A stretch of DNA of 64,000 nt from the human T2T-CHM13v2.0 reference genome, Homo sapiens: assembly GCF_009914755.1 (NCBI RefSeq), contig NC_060947.1; one strand, written 5' to 3'. The position numbers and the translations under genes were made by a program. Below the pieces are notes generated by a model. The model did no database searches and was not told where the DNA came from. It saw only the letters and a list, made by a program, of their open reading frames with translations. Of the stretch, positions 53,300 to 64,000 are shown piece after piece. The stretch's first letter is position 1, and each line of letters begins with the position of its first letter.

Positions 53300-53716
53300 T
53301 TTAGTGAAACATTATTGCAATTTTCTTTTGGAGAAGCACACCTCCTATATTGTGTGCAGTACTGGTGAGGATGTGACTACAAATGCCCTTTCCACCTCTT
53401 GTCAAGGAAGGAGCAATGAATGACCAATGCTAGGTTAGTTGGACGCTGAACTAGAGCACTGCCTCCTGTTATGGCTAAGGGCAGGTGGCTGGTTCTCACT
53501 CACTCCAGCAGCGGTATGGATGTAGCAGAGAAATTATTTTTTCCCACTGCATAGATTCCCTGGAGCCTCTGGGTGCCTTTTCAATTCAGTCCTGAATTTT
53601 TAGGTCTTCCTTGAATTTCATACACTATGCCCATTTCTTTTGAATCATTTCTTTTTTCTCTTAGGTCAGTTCTGAGTGGTTTTATTGCATGCAACCAGTG
53701 ATCCCTAACTGATACA
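53300..53716 (+). mobile_element. Old ERVL LTR (LTR33-like)
   Basis: Terminus TTTTATTGCATGCAACCAGTGATCCCTAACTGATACA. Confidence 0.5.
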
Positions 53717-53799
53717 CTTAGGCACCAAAGTGCTCTGTTTTGCTCTTGATCCAACAATTCTGTGGTCTCTAAAATCAGCGTTTATAGATAGATGGTGGC

Positions 53800-54183
53800 T
53801 GTTACGCTCTGAATTGTGCCCTCTAAAATTCATATATTGAAGCCCTAAATGCCAGTATATCAGAATGTGGCTGTGTTTGGAGTTAGGCTCTTTAGAGGGG
53901 TGACTAAGGTAAAATGAGGCCTTTAGGCTGGGCCCTGATCTAATAGGACTAGTTTCTTTATAAGAAGAGATTAGGACACAGACACACCCAGAGGGACGAT
54001 CATGTGAAAACAGAGAGAAGACGGCATCTACAAGCCAAGGAGAGAGGCTTCAGGAGAAGTGAACTCTATGAACACCTTGCCCTTGGATTTTTAGCCTCTA
54101 GAATGGTAAGAAAATAAATGTGTATTTTTTTAAGCTAGTCAGACAGTGGTACTTTGTTATGGCAGCCCTAGAAAACAAATACA
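53800..54183 (+). mobile_element. MLT1B-like MaLR solo LTR
   Basis: TGTTACGCTCTGAATTGTG..CTACAAGCCAAGGAGAGAGGC..GTTATGGCAGCCCTAGAAAACAAATACA; near-exact TSD GTGGC/GTAGC. Confidence 0.9.
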
Positions 54184-54523
54184 GTAGCCATTCTCTTTAT
54201 CTGGTACAGAAGCAGCTTTCTTAATATATTAAGATAGGAATTACCTTGTGAGAAATGCTCAAAAGGTAATGTTACTTTACTGCTTAATGAATAGTCCTAA
54301 CTTTACTATTGTTGATGAGCCTATATATTATAATACACTGGAATAAGATTGAATATATGGATACCATATTAGTGCAGATGCAGAAAGTTTCAAGGCTATT
54401 GAGAACTCTATGCTGAAATGAAAATAATTCCCAATGAGGCTGATATGTTCACCTTTAACTACTTGTTCCTTTTCCTTAAGAATTTTGTAATTTTTAAAAT
54501 GCAAATGCTCTGGGAAATGGTGC

Positions 54524-55075
54524 ATCTTATCCTGACTACACTAGAAAGCAGAACCTGAGGAGAGGATTATGTTTAGATGCTTTATGTGGGAGGTGCATCC
54601 CAGAGCAGAAAGGCTGAGGGAAAAAGGAAGTGACACTAAGGAGAATGCAAGACGATGTAATATTTAGTGCACTGGCGTCTGCTACACAACAAATCATATA
54701 AGAAGATATATAGCAGATCAACAGGTGCATTCACTCAGCCAGGTTAGTAGTCTGCAGACAGGCAGAACAAAGAATCCATTGGAAGATTACACTGTAGTGA
54801 GGAAAGGTGAAGGAATTTATTGGTTGAGTTCCCTTCTGCCTTCTGTCTTCCACTGGTGACAACTTACCTCATGGCACAGACCTCTCTTTGTCATCCAGCC
54901 CCGTTGACAACTTTAGAAGCCAGGAGGAACCAAGGACTCGAGGAGATGAAATCTCATGGTCCCATTTCCACGTGCAATTGTTCAGCCTCTGCAGTGATTG
55001 AAGTAGAAGGAGTTGATGGTTCAGGAGACAGTGATGTCACAAGACCCTGAAAAGGCACACAAGATCTGAGAGTTA
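54524..55075 (-). mobile_element. Old ERVL LTR (LTR16/LTR41-like)
   Basis: AGAAAGCAGAACCTGAGGAGAGGATT..TTTATGTGGGAGGTGCATCCCAG start motif. Confidence 0.55.
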
Positions 55076-55399
55076 CGTAGCAGTATTTAAACTAGTTATT
55101 TATATTTCAATTGTGAATGTGATTGATTAAAAGATTTTGTAGTAAAGCCTAGGAGTCAGGCTTAGAAAGGTTGCCCATCACTTTTGACCATATTCTGTCA
55201 CCCAGAACCTTGGCACACATTACACAGCCTCGGTGGCTTGGTGCCTGGTTGGAAAACCAACAGAGTTTGGAGAACACATAGCTGCCTTCCTGCAACACCA
55301 AAATCACACTGTTATTCTTCTTACCTCTGCACTGTACTGCACATAATTTGAATTGTGCAGAAAAGAGTTCACAGTTGTGGGATATATTATAAGGTGTCC

Positions 55400-55600
55400 A
55401 ATACACAGGTAATATTCTTTCATATTTATATGAAATGTGTCCAGTTTATGCCATCTTATCTAAAAGAGCTTCAATGGCATTAGAAAGCATTTAAAGGAGA
55501 CTACTAAAGATGATCAAAGGGATACATTACAGGCAGGTAGATTAAAGAACTGGAGTTGATTAGCCCAGATTAAACAATGACTGAGCAAGAAGCAAGAGAG
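55400..55600 (+). mobile_element. L3/CR1 LINE ORF2 C-terminal fossil
   Basis: Broken translation CVQF..ALESI*RRLLKMIKG..RLKELELIS matches the CR1 motif CVQFW..LERVQRRATKMI..RLKELGLFSL. Confidence 0.7.
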
Positions 55601-56339
55601 CTTTTCAGGTCAGGATCACTTGAGCACCTACATTTTACCTTCCTCTTTTCCCTTATTTTTCAATTCCAACAAAAAAAGAGCAAAGAATGAACAACTAAAG
55701 ATCGATTTATTTCTGGAAATACAGCACTAGTGCTTCTCACATGCAAAATATAGAAAAGAAAGAGGGAAAGGGACATTTAAACTACAGTTCACACTTAAAA
55801 AAGAAACTCACCCTAGACATACCCCTTATGAAGCCTAGTCCAAGATATGAAGTCTGGAATCCAGAGGAGACTGAGGGTAGACAATGCGGGCGGAGAAGAA
55901 AAAATGCTCGTGTGGCATCCTCTGTGAAGTGGGCAAGGGACAAGCATCTTCAGAGTGTGACCCTAGCCCTGAGGTGCATGCACACCTGGTGTGTATGTCA
56001 GGAGGCTGCCAAAGTCCTGGAAATGGGGCACTGTTGTGCAGGCTCCTCAGAAGGTGTGGTGTTCATTACTGAGGGCACTCTATTTTCCATCCAACTACCA
56101 GCAGCCACACCAAACAAACAAATAAACAAACATTTCTTCACCAAAGAGGCTACAGCTGCCCTAAAGTGGATAGCCTCCTTCTCTGTACTCCCCAGGGCCC
56201 ATGGCATTATTTATAGGGAGAAGTGAAGTTGCAGGAAACCTAACGTTTCTTTTGTTTGCTTGTATACATTTCCTATGTTTCTCAACCCAGGAGCCAAATA
56301 AGTTTTGCATCCATGCATTTCAACTTCCAAAACATTCAA

Positions 56340-57200
56340 AGACAAGGCAAAACAAAACATTAAACTATGAAAGGACATGACCGTGCAGATGCATTTAAAG
56401 ATCCATCAGAAGTATCCTCAAGGGTATTGTCAATAGGATTTGAGAGATTATGAAACAAGAGTAGTCATGGAAAAAGAGCAACCACACATCACGAACATGT
56501 GAGATTAAATGGAATGGTTTCTGAATATTTAAAATTGCAATTACAGCAGAAAAGTGTGGATTGGAGACTGAGAAATGTGAGTTGGAAAATGAAATGTAGA
56601 CTACCCTACAATTCAGTTTTTTGAAAAATAAAGGGAATAAATGGATGAACAAAAAGACATGTTGTAGAGGGAAGACTGGAAACACAACACGATTATAAGA
56701 GAGCAAAGGAAAGTCACCAGAAGCAGTAATAAACCAGAGTCCTCTGAGAAAGGGATTTCAGATTTTATGGTCAACCAGGCAAAATTAAAAGTATCCATGT
56801 ATCCTGGTGATTTTTTTAAAAATCAACATTAAAGAAAAGAAATCCTATAATTTCTCTAGCAGAATAAAAGTATCACATGAAGATTGTACAAAGTGGGAAG
56901 AATAATCAGGCTGCTCCTTTTTAATAGTAAATTCCACAGCATAATATAGCAATCAATAGAATTATGAGAACAGATGGTTGTGACATAGATTCAATACTCA
57001 TTTAAGATACTCATTTATAAGAGTGATAAAAACATTCTTACAAAGGAAGGTAGTTATAAAGTTTAACAGCCACATTTTTGTCCTGAAGGCTACTTAAATA
57101 ATCTCTGCAACTTCTGGTGGATCCAACCACTGCAACTTCATGGTAGATCCAACCACTCATTTTTTCAATCTTAAACTTCAGTAATAAGATGGGGATAAAG
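56340..57200 (+). mobile_element. Old L1M/HAL1 ORF1-region remnant
   Basis: A-rich degenerate sequence with ORF1-like motifs (GAAAAGAAATCCTATAA, GAATAATCAGGCTG). Confidence 0.45.
57105..57157. repeat. 25/26-bp tandem duplication
   Basis: CTGCAACTTCTGGTGGATCCAACCA / CTGCAACTTCATGGTAGATCCAACCA. Confidence 0.9.
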
Positions 57201-57619
57201 AAGATATTGATCCATAGAGATTAAGACACAAAGACAAGTCAATAGCTGATGAAGGGTGAATATTAATATTTTTGGAAGCTAGAAAGCATGTGGGCATATT
57301 GTAACTCACATGAATGGACTGAAGCTGAAACTCATCCTAAAGCAGCATTTGATAACCTCCAAAGGCTCAAAATTTAGACATAAAGATAACTCTCTAAGTA
57401 AGCGTGCTTAGTTGGACTAATGGTAAGGTTGATCAAATGTCTGTCTATAAAGTAGGTAGATATCTGAATCACCTGATCCGCTCTGTGATTCTGGTGTAAA
57501 TCTAGGAAGTTTGCCCTCTGGACACTCAGAACCAAAAATAGTCTGGAATCAAGATGGTAATACAATGGGACTTAACTGAAAATCTACATTTTAAAAATAG
57601 TGAGTGCAATTGTACATAT

Positions 57620-57990
57620 ATTTGATCAGTTGGAGTTGTCTCAGGGCTCATTGATGTTCTTTTCTTTATTAGATCCCGTTTTTGTCCATGTGTTTCATTT
57701 TGCATAGTTCCTATTGCTATATTATCAAACTCACTGAACTTTTCTTCTGTTATGTTTCTAATTGGCTATTAGTTCTATCTAGTGTATTTTCATCTCAGAC
57801 ACTACAATTTCCATCTCTGTAAATTTTATGGGGTTGCTTTTATATCTTCTAAGTCTCTGCTTTTTGAGCATATGAAATACATGTATAATAACTATGTTTA
57901 ATGTCTTTTTCTGTGAATTCTAACTTGTATGTCAGTAAGTTTCTATGGGTTAGTTTCCATTGATTATTCTATCGTTTTATTCTTCTTTCT
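57620..57990 (-). mobile_element. L1M ORF1-region fragment
   Basis: TCAAACTCACTGAACTTTTCTTCTG..ATCTAGTGTATTTTCATCTCAGACA. Confidence 0.6.
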
Positions 57991-60029
57991 GGAAAGTTTC
58001 TTCTGATCTATCTTGTACGTGAATATGAACAAATGATAAAACTGACTTAAAGCTATTATTGCCATCATTATTATTAATGCAACCTTATTTTAGTCATCAA
58101 TATTGAAATAAGGATTTCCATGATGTAAGTAATAGTACAAGAAAATGTTTGCTGCCATAACATATATTTAATTTGTTAGAAAACATCCATTTCTACCCCA
58201 CCTTACATATAGCACCCTGGAAGGCATGTAACAGCTGAAAAATAACTTACGATTTAATTCTCGGCATGATTATTTCTTTGAGAGGGATCTGTTTACTTGG
58301 ATATAACACAGTGATCCCTTCCATTAATTCCCTCTGGTCTGCGTAAGCATTCTTGTCTTTTAACATCTTCAAAGTTTTATTTGATTCACAGAACAACATT
58401 GCTAACCTTAAATAATTTCAGCCCAGGACACAGATCTTTAAAAATAAATTTAATTTTATCTTGCAATAAAGAATATTTGAACATTGTAATCGAAGAGTAT
58501 TAGAATTTATAAAGCCAGATGGTATATGTTTAAATTACCCAAAAAGTATCATAAGTATTACATATCTTTTATATACTTTAAGAGGAAAAGCTCATTCAGA
58601 TTTTTTTTTTGCAATGACCAATTCCATTTATTTTGATAAACTCTACGAATGGATTCTACTTTGAATCAATGTTTGTACATATGAAAAGACATCCTACAGG
58701 TATTTTATCCATTCTCACCTCTCAGCTTACATCCTGCAATGTTTTCTTTTTCTGAGCTCCTTCAGTGACAGTGTGTGTGGGTTTGTGTGTGTGAGAGACA
58801 ATGCTGAGGGCATGTCTTTTCATGCCCCAGAAATACCCACCCATTCTTTTATCCACCGTCCTGAGGGGGACACCAGTTTCTGCTGACCTCTTGCGGCTTG
58901 CTTGTTCCGGAAGCTGTTTATTATGTTTCCAATCTCCTGCCACCCTTTTTCGTTCAATCTCCACTTCCTGGATCATTTTCTCCCCACCTCATACTTCATT
59001 TTTTCTAGTCCTCCTCTTGTAGCACTGACAATTTTGATTTATAACGTATCTTGCACGCCCTTCTCTTTTCCTTGAACTGGTAATGTATTTTCTTTTTCAC
59101 CCCTATTGCCCATGTCTCTGCGTCTAGCTTATTTATTTCTCAGTGCCGAACACAGCCATCAAATCCCTTGTAATTTAGGCTCGGAGGCTTTTCACTCCCA
59201 ATCTTTACCATGACTCCATTTTTTGTATTTCATATTTTGTTCTTAAAACTAAACGATTCCCCAGCATGCCTGAGCACCAGCCCTGGACACCCCCTCCCCA
59301 CAACCTCACTCAAATTTGCTTCTCCAGGGTTCTGTTACATCAGTGCATTCATTTGGGGGATTTTCCTGAGTCCCATTTCCAACCCTAATTAAGTCTGCCT
59401 TGCTGCTTTCTTCTGTTCAGTCTCATCTCCATAGACTGATTTTCAGTTCCAAGTGCTCCAGATGGAGCCATACACCTGCACTTTGGTGGTGGAAATGTAA
59501 AAATGTGGCGTTTGTGGCTCTGAGAATCTGGATGTCAAAATCCAAAACGTGTTTTATTGTAAAATGAAACAGTCCTCTCTCTGCCCCAACCCATTCCTTG
59601 CTTGTAAATTCTTTAAAGATTTGGACTTGAGATTCTCTTTTCTTTCCTTTCCTACTTCTCTGAAGTGATGATGTAAATAGGCCTCGTTACACACGGGAGA
59701 GTAACCTGTTATTTCTCCTAGATAGGTTCCCAGGATTTGCTCCCATTTTACTCTAATTTTCTCCCAGTTCATGCCAGCTCCTTGGTTCCCATCCTGTTCT
59801 CATATCTGGATACACTCCCACTACTGTGTAGACCAGCTCCCTGCAAACGTCATCAAACTCAAATGTTAAATATGAAGGTGAATGAAACACTGCTTCTCAA
59901 AACTCTTCTAGTACCCACTAAAATCATTTTGAAAAACAATGTCCTTCTTTGCTTATTTTAAAGTTGGCATCTAAAATTTTTCATGTGCTGAATGCTGGCA
60001 AAAGACGTAATTGCCTGCATACTCTCTCT

Positions 60030-60182
60030 CTCTCTATATATATATAATTATTAATTGTATAATATTTTATTATTTATATTTTATTTTATTAATTATATAA
60101 TATAATTATTTAATATATACTTATTGTATGTTAAAATATTAATATAATATATTAATATTTTAAATATATTTAAATGAAAATA
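60030..60182. repeat. AT-rich low-complexity tract with a perfect palindrome
   Basis: TTAAAATATTAATATA-A-TATATTAATATTTTAA at 60131-60163. Confidence 0.9.
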
Positions 60183-60364
60183 TTGGACCTGCAGATTCAG
60201 ATCATTCTATTTACGAAATCCTGACTAATTGAACTCATACATATCCCTTAGGACATTTGCTCTTAAGGTTTAGTGCCTATTCCTAGCTACATGAGTCTAG
60301 AAATAGTTGCTGAATTATTATTATTATTAATTTTGTAAGTGTAGCCGGCAATGCATTATTTTGA

Positions 60365-60822
60365 AAAATTATTGTTCAAAGTCCACAGTTGACATTAACG
60401 TTCACTCTTAGTGGTGTACATTCTATGGGTTTTGACTAATGTATAATGACATGTAGCCATCATTATAGTGTCAGACAGAGTAGTTTGACTGCCCTAAACA
60501 TCCTCTGTGCTCCACCTATTCATCCACTCTTCTCTTTCCCCAAACTCCTAGCAAGCACTGATCTTTTTATTGTCCCCATAGTTTTGCCTTTTCCAGAATG
60601 TGGTCTAGCTGGAATCATAGTCTGTAGCCTATTCAGACTGGCTTCTTTCACTTAGTAATATGTGCTTAATGTTCCTCCATGTCTTTTCATGGCTTGACAA
60701 CTCATTTATTTTGAGCACTGAATGATATTCCATTGTATTCATTCACCTACTGGATGATATCTTCATTGTTCCTTAAGTTTTGGTGATTATGAATAAAGCG
60801 GTAGTAAACATCTGTGTTCAGG
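60365..60822 (-). mobile_element. L1MC1-like 3' region (HERV-W insertion target)
   Basis: GTTCACTCTTAGTGGTGTACATTCTATGGGTTTTGAC..CTGCCCTAAACATCCTCTGTGCTCCACCTATTCATCC. Confidence 0.88.
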
Positions 60823-60841
60823 TTTTTTTGTTTTTTTTTTT

Positions 60842-61165
60842 CAATTGCAAGATTTAATAGAGTGAAAACAGAGCTCCCATACAAAGGGAGGGAACCCAAA
60901 GAGGGTTGCCGTTGCCAGCTTGAATGCCTGGGTTTATATCCCGATCATTGGCCCTCCCGCTGTGCTCTCAGGCGATAGATGATTGGCTATTTCTTTACCT
61001 CCTGTTTTTGCCTAATTAGCATTTTAGTGAGCTCTCTTTACTACCTGACTGGTCGGGTGTGAGCTAAGTTACAAGCCCCATGTTTAAATATGAATGCAGT
61101 CACCTTCCCAGCTAGACTTAGGGATTCTTAGTCGGCCTAGGAAATCCAGCTAGTCCTGTCTCTCA
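60842..61165 (-). promoter_or_regulatory. LTR17 U3-R lacking U5, with CCAAT boxes and TATA
   Basis: Minus strand: GATATAAACCC at 60930-60940; CCAAT boxes near 60946 and 60982. Confidence 0.85.
60853..60858 (-). terminator. ATTAAA polyadenylation signal of LTR17
   Basis: TTTAAT on +, ~11 nt from the start of the poly(A) tail. Confidence 0.85.
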
Positions 61166-61223
61166 GATCCCCCTCTCAACAGGAAAACCCAAGTGCTGTT
61201 GGGGAGGTTGGCCAACTACCGCT

Positions 61224-62805
61224 CTAACTGCTTCCTGCCGAATTGGGGCATAGTAGGGGTTGTGCAGTTGAGATTTCCTCGGGAGGGATGCTTTCGATGT
61301 CATTAACATCGGAGCATGGGCTAGCAGACTGGTCCAGGGGTCCGCGGTAGATCTTAGTCATGGACTGCATCTGGGGCTCCATTTGAAGAACCATTTGTAG
61401 CTTTACAGCTTTGATTCTGAAAGAGACAAACTTAACAAGGAGGTTAAAGATACAGGGTCCAAAGAGGAGTAACAATATTATAGCTGGTAGAGGTCCTAAG
61501 AAGGGAGAATCCAGGGCATCCATTGGCTGAGGAAGCCCCAGGGTCCGGTGTTTTGAAGCTCCTCTGCTCTATGTTGTATTCGATCTCGAATTTCTTTAAC
61601 TTTCTCGGTGACGATTTCGGATTGATTAACATAATAACAGCATTCTTCCCCTAAAAATAAACAGGTTCCCCCTCTTTCGGAGGTTAGCAAGTCTAAAGCT
61701 CTTCGATTTTGAAGGACCACTGCTGCTAGGGAGTTAAATTGATCTTGCAAGGTGACCAGGGAGTCAGCGACCTGTTCCATGTCACCATTTAGTTCTTGAG
61801 ATAGTTTGTAGTAGAACTGAGTAGAGGTTGTGAGGCCATCAATGTCAGTACCTAGTCTGCCTAGCACTCCTGCTCCAACAACAAAAGGAAGAATGGGTAC
61901 TCTTTTGTTGCCGGGCTTAGGTGTGACATAATTGTGTAAATCTTGTTCAGTGTAAATGGTCATAGGGACAGTAAGAATGAGAGGACGCACATAGATTCTG
62001 AATGGCCATTCAAACAACGATAGTCTGAGGTACCACAGACAAAAAAATATTCCTGAGGGTAGGCAGACTATTTGTGTGGGAGGAGTTACCCACCTGATAC
62101 ATTGGGAGTTGGTTGTGTCTATAGTATTGTTAAATTGTACACAGGTAAGGTTTGAGGTATGGGTTATCTCCAGATTGGAAACAAGAGGTCCTACTAAAAC
62201 GGAAGTGGTGTTTATTTTTGTGCTGGAGTTGTTCCATTGTTCAGGTACAGGGATTGAATGTATGGCCTGAAGTGCAGTGGGAGGCACATCCAACAGTTAG
62301 TAGGGTTTTGGGCCGAAACCTTATGGAGCCTAGTGAGGGTAGTATTAAATAAGCTTACCAGCCGATTATGGGTATGGAGGGTTTCATGTAGTTTTGAGAG
62401 ATCTAGTCCTTTGTAGGGGCTGGGGGTACTTTGTACCCAGGTCAGTTGGGAGATTATTTCCTTTATGTGTTTTTCTCTTGCCTGATCTTGAACTCCACCC
62501 CCATCAGACATACCATTATGGGTGAAGTAAGTCCAACAGACTGGCTCCAAGTCCTCCAGGACAACTAGGATTAATCATTTTCCCTGTCCAATAATGAGTA
62601 TTTGCATGCATGCAAAGAGTTGCAGAGTTATAACCACTCTTGTGGGGCATATGGGTGTGGGCCATGAAGGTGGGATTTCCTTTAGATATACTCCTATACG
62701 ATGGGACATCAATATTTCCGGGAAGCTGCATTCTTCAGGAAACTCTTGGTAAGGGGAGCTACTGGTTGTACAGCAGCATGGAGGGGGTGCAGTGAGAGTG
62801 AAAGG
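61224..62805 (-). pseudogene. env: HERV-W env pseudogene (syncytin-1 paralog)
   Basis: SDGGGVQDQAR, CWMC, LQNRRALDLLTSERGGTCLFLGEECC, TM segment and the CPNSAGSS end are spread over four ORFs; start codon and most of the signal peptide deleted; several frameshifts. Confidence 0.95.
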
Positions 62806-63289
62806 GGATACTGCCTTTGGTAGGGAAAGGAGGCAGAATCCTTTAGTTTAACTTGAACAGGACGGGCATTCTTTGCTCATCCATATGTCCTTCTGTTGCC
62901 TAGACTTCAGGATTAATTCCTTCCTCAAGCAGGGGACAACAAACGGGTGTTCCTTCTCCTATGTTCAGGTGTATAATGACTCCTGCTTTTACTAGAATGT
63001 CTCTCCCTAACAAGGGAATGGGGCTTTCAGGCATAATTAGAAAAGCATGTGAAAAGAGTAAAGTTCCCCAGTCACAACTTAGTGGCTGGGAGAAGTATCT
63101 AGTGACTGGCTGCCCTAGGACCCCTTGGATAGTGACAGATCTGGAGGACAGTTGTCCGGGACAGGAGAGTAAGACTGAGAAGTCCGCGCCAGTGTCCAGG
63201 AGACAGTTAACCTCCTGGCCCTCAATGGTCAAGCATACCTGGGGCTCTGTGAGGGTGACGGCATGGGCTGGCGCTTGCCCTGGGCACCC
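62806..63289 (-). pseudogene. pro: HERV-W protease plus a short pol stub
   Basis: LLDTGADFSVL active site and PLLGRDIL motif; in frame with gag after its TGA; TAG at 62900; RT/RNaseH/IN deleted. Confidence 0.93.
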
Positions 63290-63678
63290 TCAGTCCTGCT
63301 GCTGGATCATCTGGTTAGTGGCTTCTGACTCAGAGGACCTTCGTCCCCTGAGGCAGTTGGCCTTCCAGTGATTCCCTTGACATAAGGGGCATGGACGAGG
63401 GGGCAGCTTATTTCCACTTGGAGAATCTTTTTTAAAGTGTCCTTTTAGACTGCACTGGAAGCAAGCCCTATTAGGCAATCGATTTGCCCAGCTATTCCCT
63501 TTTCCAGAGCCTCCAAAGTCCGCTTGCCTGAGGTCCATGACTAAAGTGGTGGCCCTTTTTTTTAAACCCGTTTATCCCATTCTGCCTGCTCCTGCTGATC
63601 TCTATTATAAAAAACTGAGGTTGCCAAGTTCAATAGGGTTTCTAAGTTTTGCTCTGGGCCTAAGGCAGACTTTTGAAG
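63290..63678 (-). pseudogene. gag: HERV-W gag C-terminal fragment (end of CA plus NC)
   Basis: KSALGPEQNLETLLNLATSVFYNRD; knuckles CFQCSLKGHFKKDS (last Cys replaced by Ser) and CPLCQGNHWKANC; ends QQQD*. Confidence 0.93.
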
Positions 63679-64000
63679 AATACCCATTGTGATTTTTTCC
63701 TCAATCACCTGGGAGGAAACATCTATTGTCCTGTCCTGAAGGGAGTTCCTCCTAGGTCTGGTCAGACCTTTATATGGTAATTAAGATTTAAATCCCCTGT
63801 AAGGAAATCTGCTGGGTTAAGGGAATTATCAGTGGTTAGAGTTAAATTACCTTTTTCTAAAAGAATAGCCCCATACTTTAAGATTTTTGAGTTAGTAAGC
63901 TACCTTTTTTGACTTAGAATAATTCTAAACTGGTGAGGTGTGCTCACAAAGAGGTTTCCTCTAAAAGTTATTTTTCTACTTTCTTCCATTAGCAAAGCAG

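Larger units (their letters stand above)
60823..64000 (-). mobile_element. HERV-W (HERV17/LTR17) processed retrocopy, internally deleted; continues beyond the window
   Basis: gag-NC, pro and env homology; polypurine tract at 61166-61180; 3' LTR starts TGAGAGACAGGACTAGCTGGATTTCCTAGG and stops at the R/U5 border, followed by poly(A) (T-run 60823-60841). Confidence 0.97.

Noticed and set aside
52796-53423. Long ORFs (up to 202 aa) rich in F/L/S or K/E/R
   Set aside because: Translations of the (TTTC)n/(TTCC)n tract, which lacks stop codons by composition
55741-56226. 161-aa ORF in unique sequence
   Set aside because: No recognisable domain, exon structure or other coding support; the length is attainable by chance in 64 kb
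61224-62805. Functional syncytin-1 (ERVW-1)
   Set aside because: No ATG or full signal peptide, several frameshifts, degraded furin site, LQMV segment retained, and processed (U5-less) structure
62700-62900. In-frame pro/pol-env fusion protein across the deletion
   Set aside because: env is out of frame with pol at the junction, and a TAG at 62900 precedes it

Overview
Primate (catarrhine, human-like) intronic or intergenic DNA, dense with interspersed repeats: Alu J/S/Y, L1PA/PB/MB/MC/ME, L2, L3/CR1, MIR, hAT and Tigger MITEs, and many solo LTRs, several nested with intact target-site duplications (TSDs). I cannot support any cellular protein-coding exon, RNA gene or CRISPR array. The only real protein homology is a minus-strand HERV-W element at 60.8-64 kb. 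It is an L1-retrotransposed, poly(A)-tailed, U5-less processed copy with two large internal deletions; it is not syncytin-1. Structure not explained by ordinary repeats: (i) a telomere-like insertion flanked by an 11-bp direct repeat; (ii) several templated-insertion and fold-back repair scars (6.5, 17.3, 18.1, 22.9, 49.6 kb); (iii) an ancient ~170-bp palindrome centred on two inverted YY1-type motifs; (iv) an old ~500-bp local tandem amplification at 37.3-39.2 kb. I found no convincing new multi-gene system. Repeat subfamily names come from recalled consensus sequences and need Dfam/RepeatMasker confirmation.
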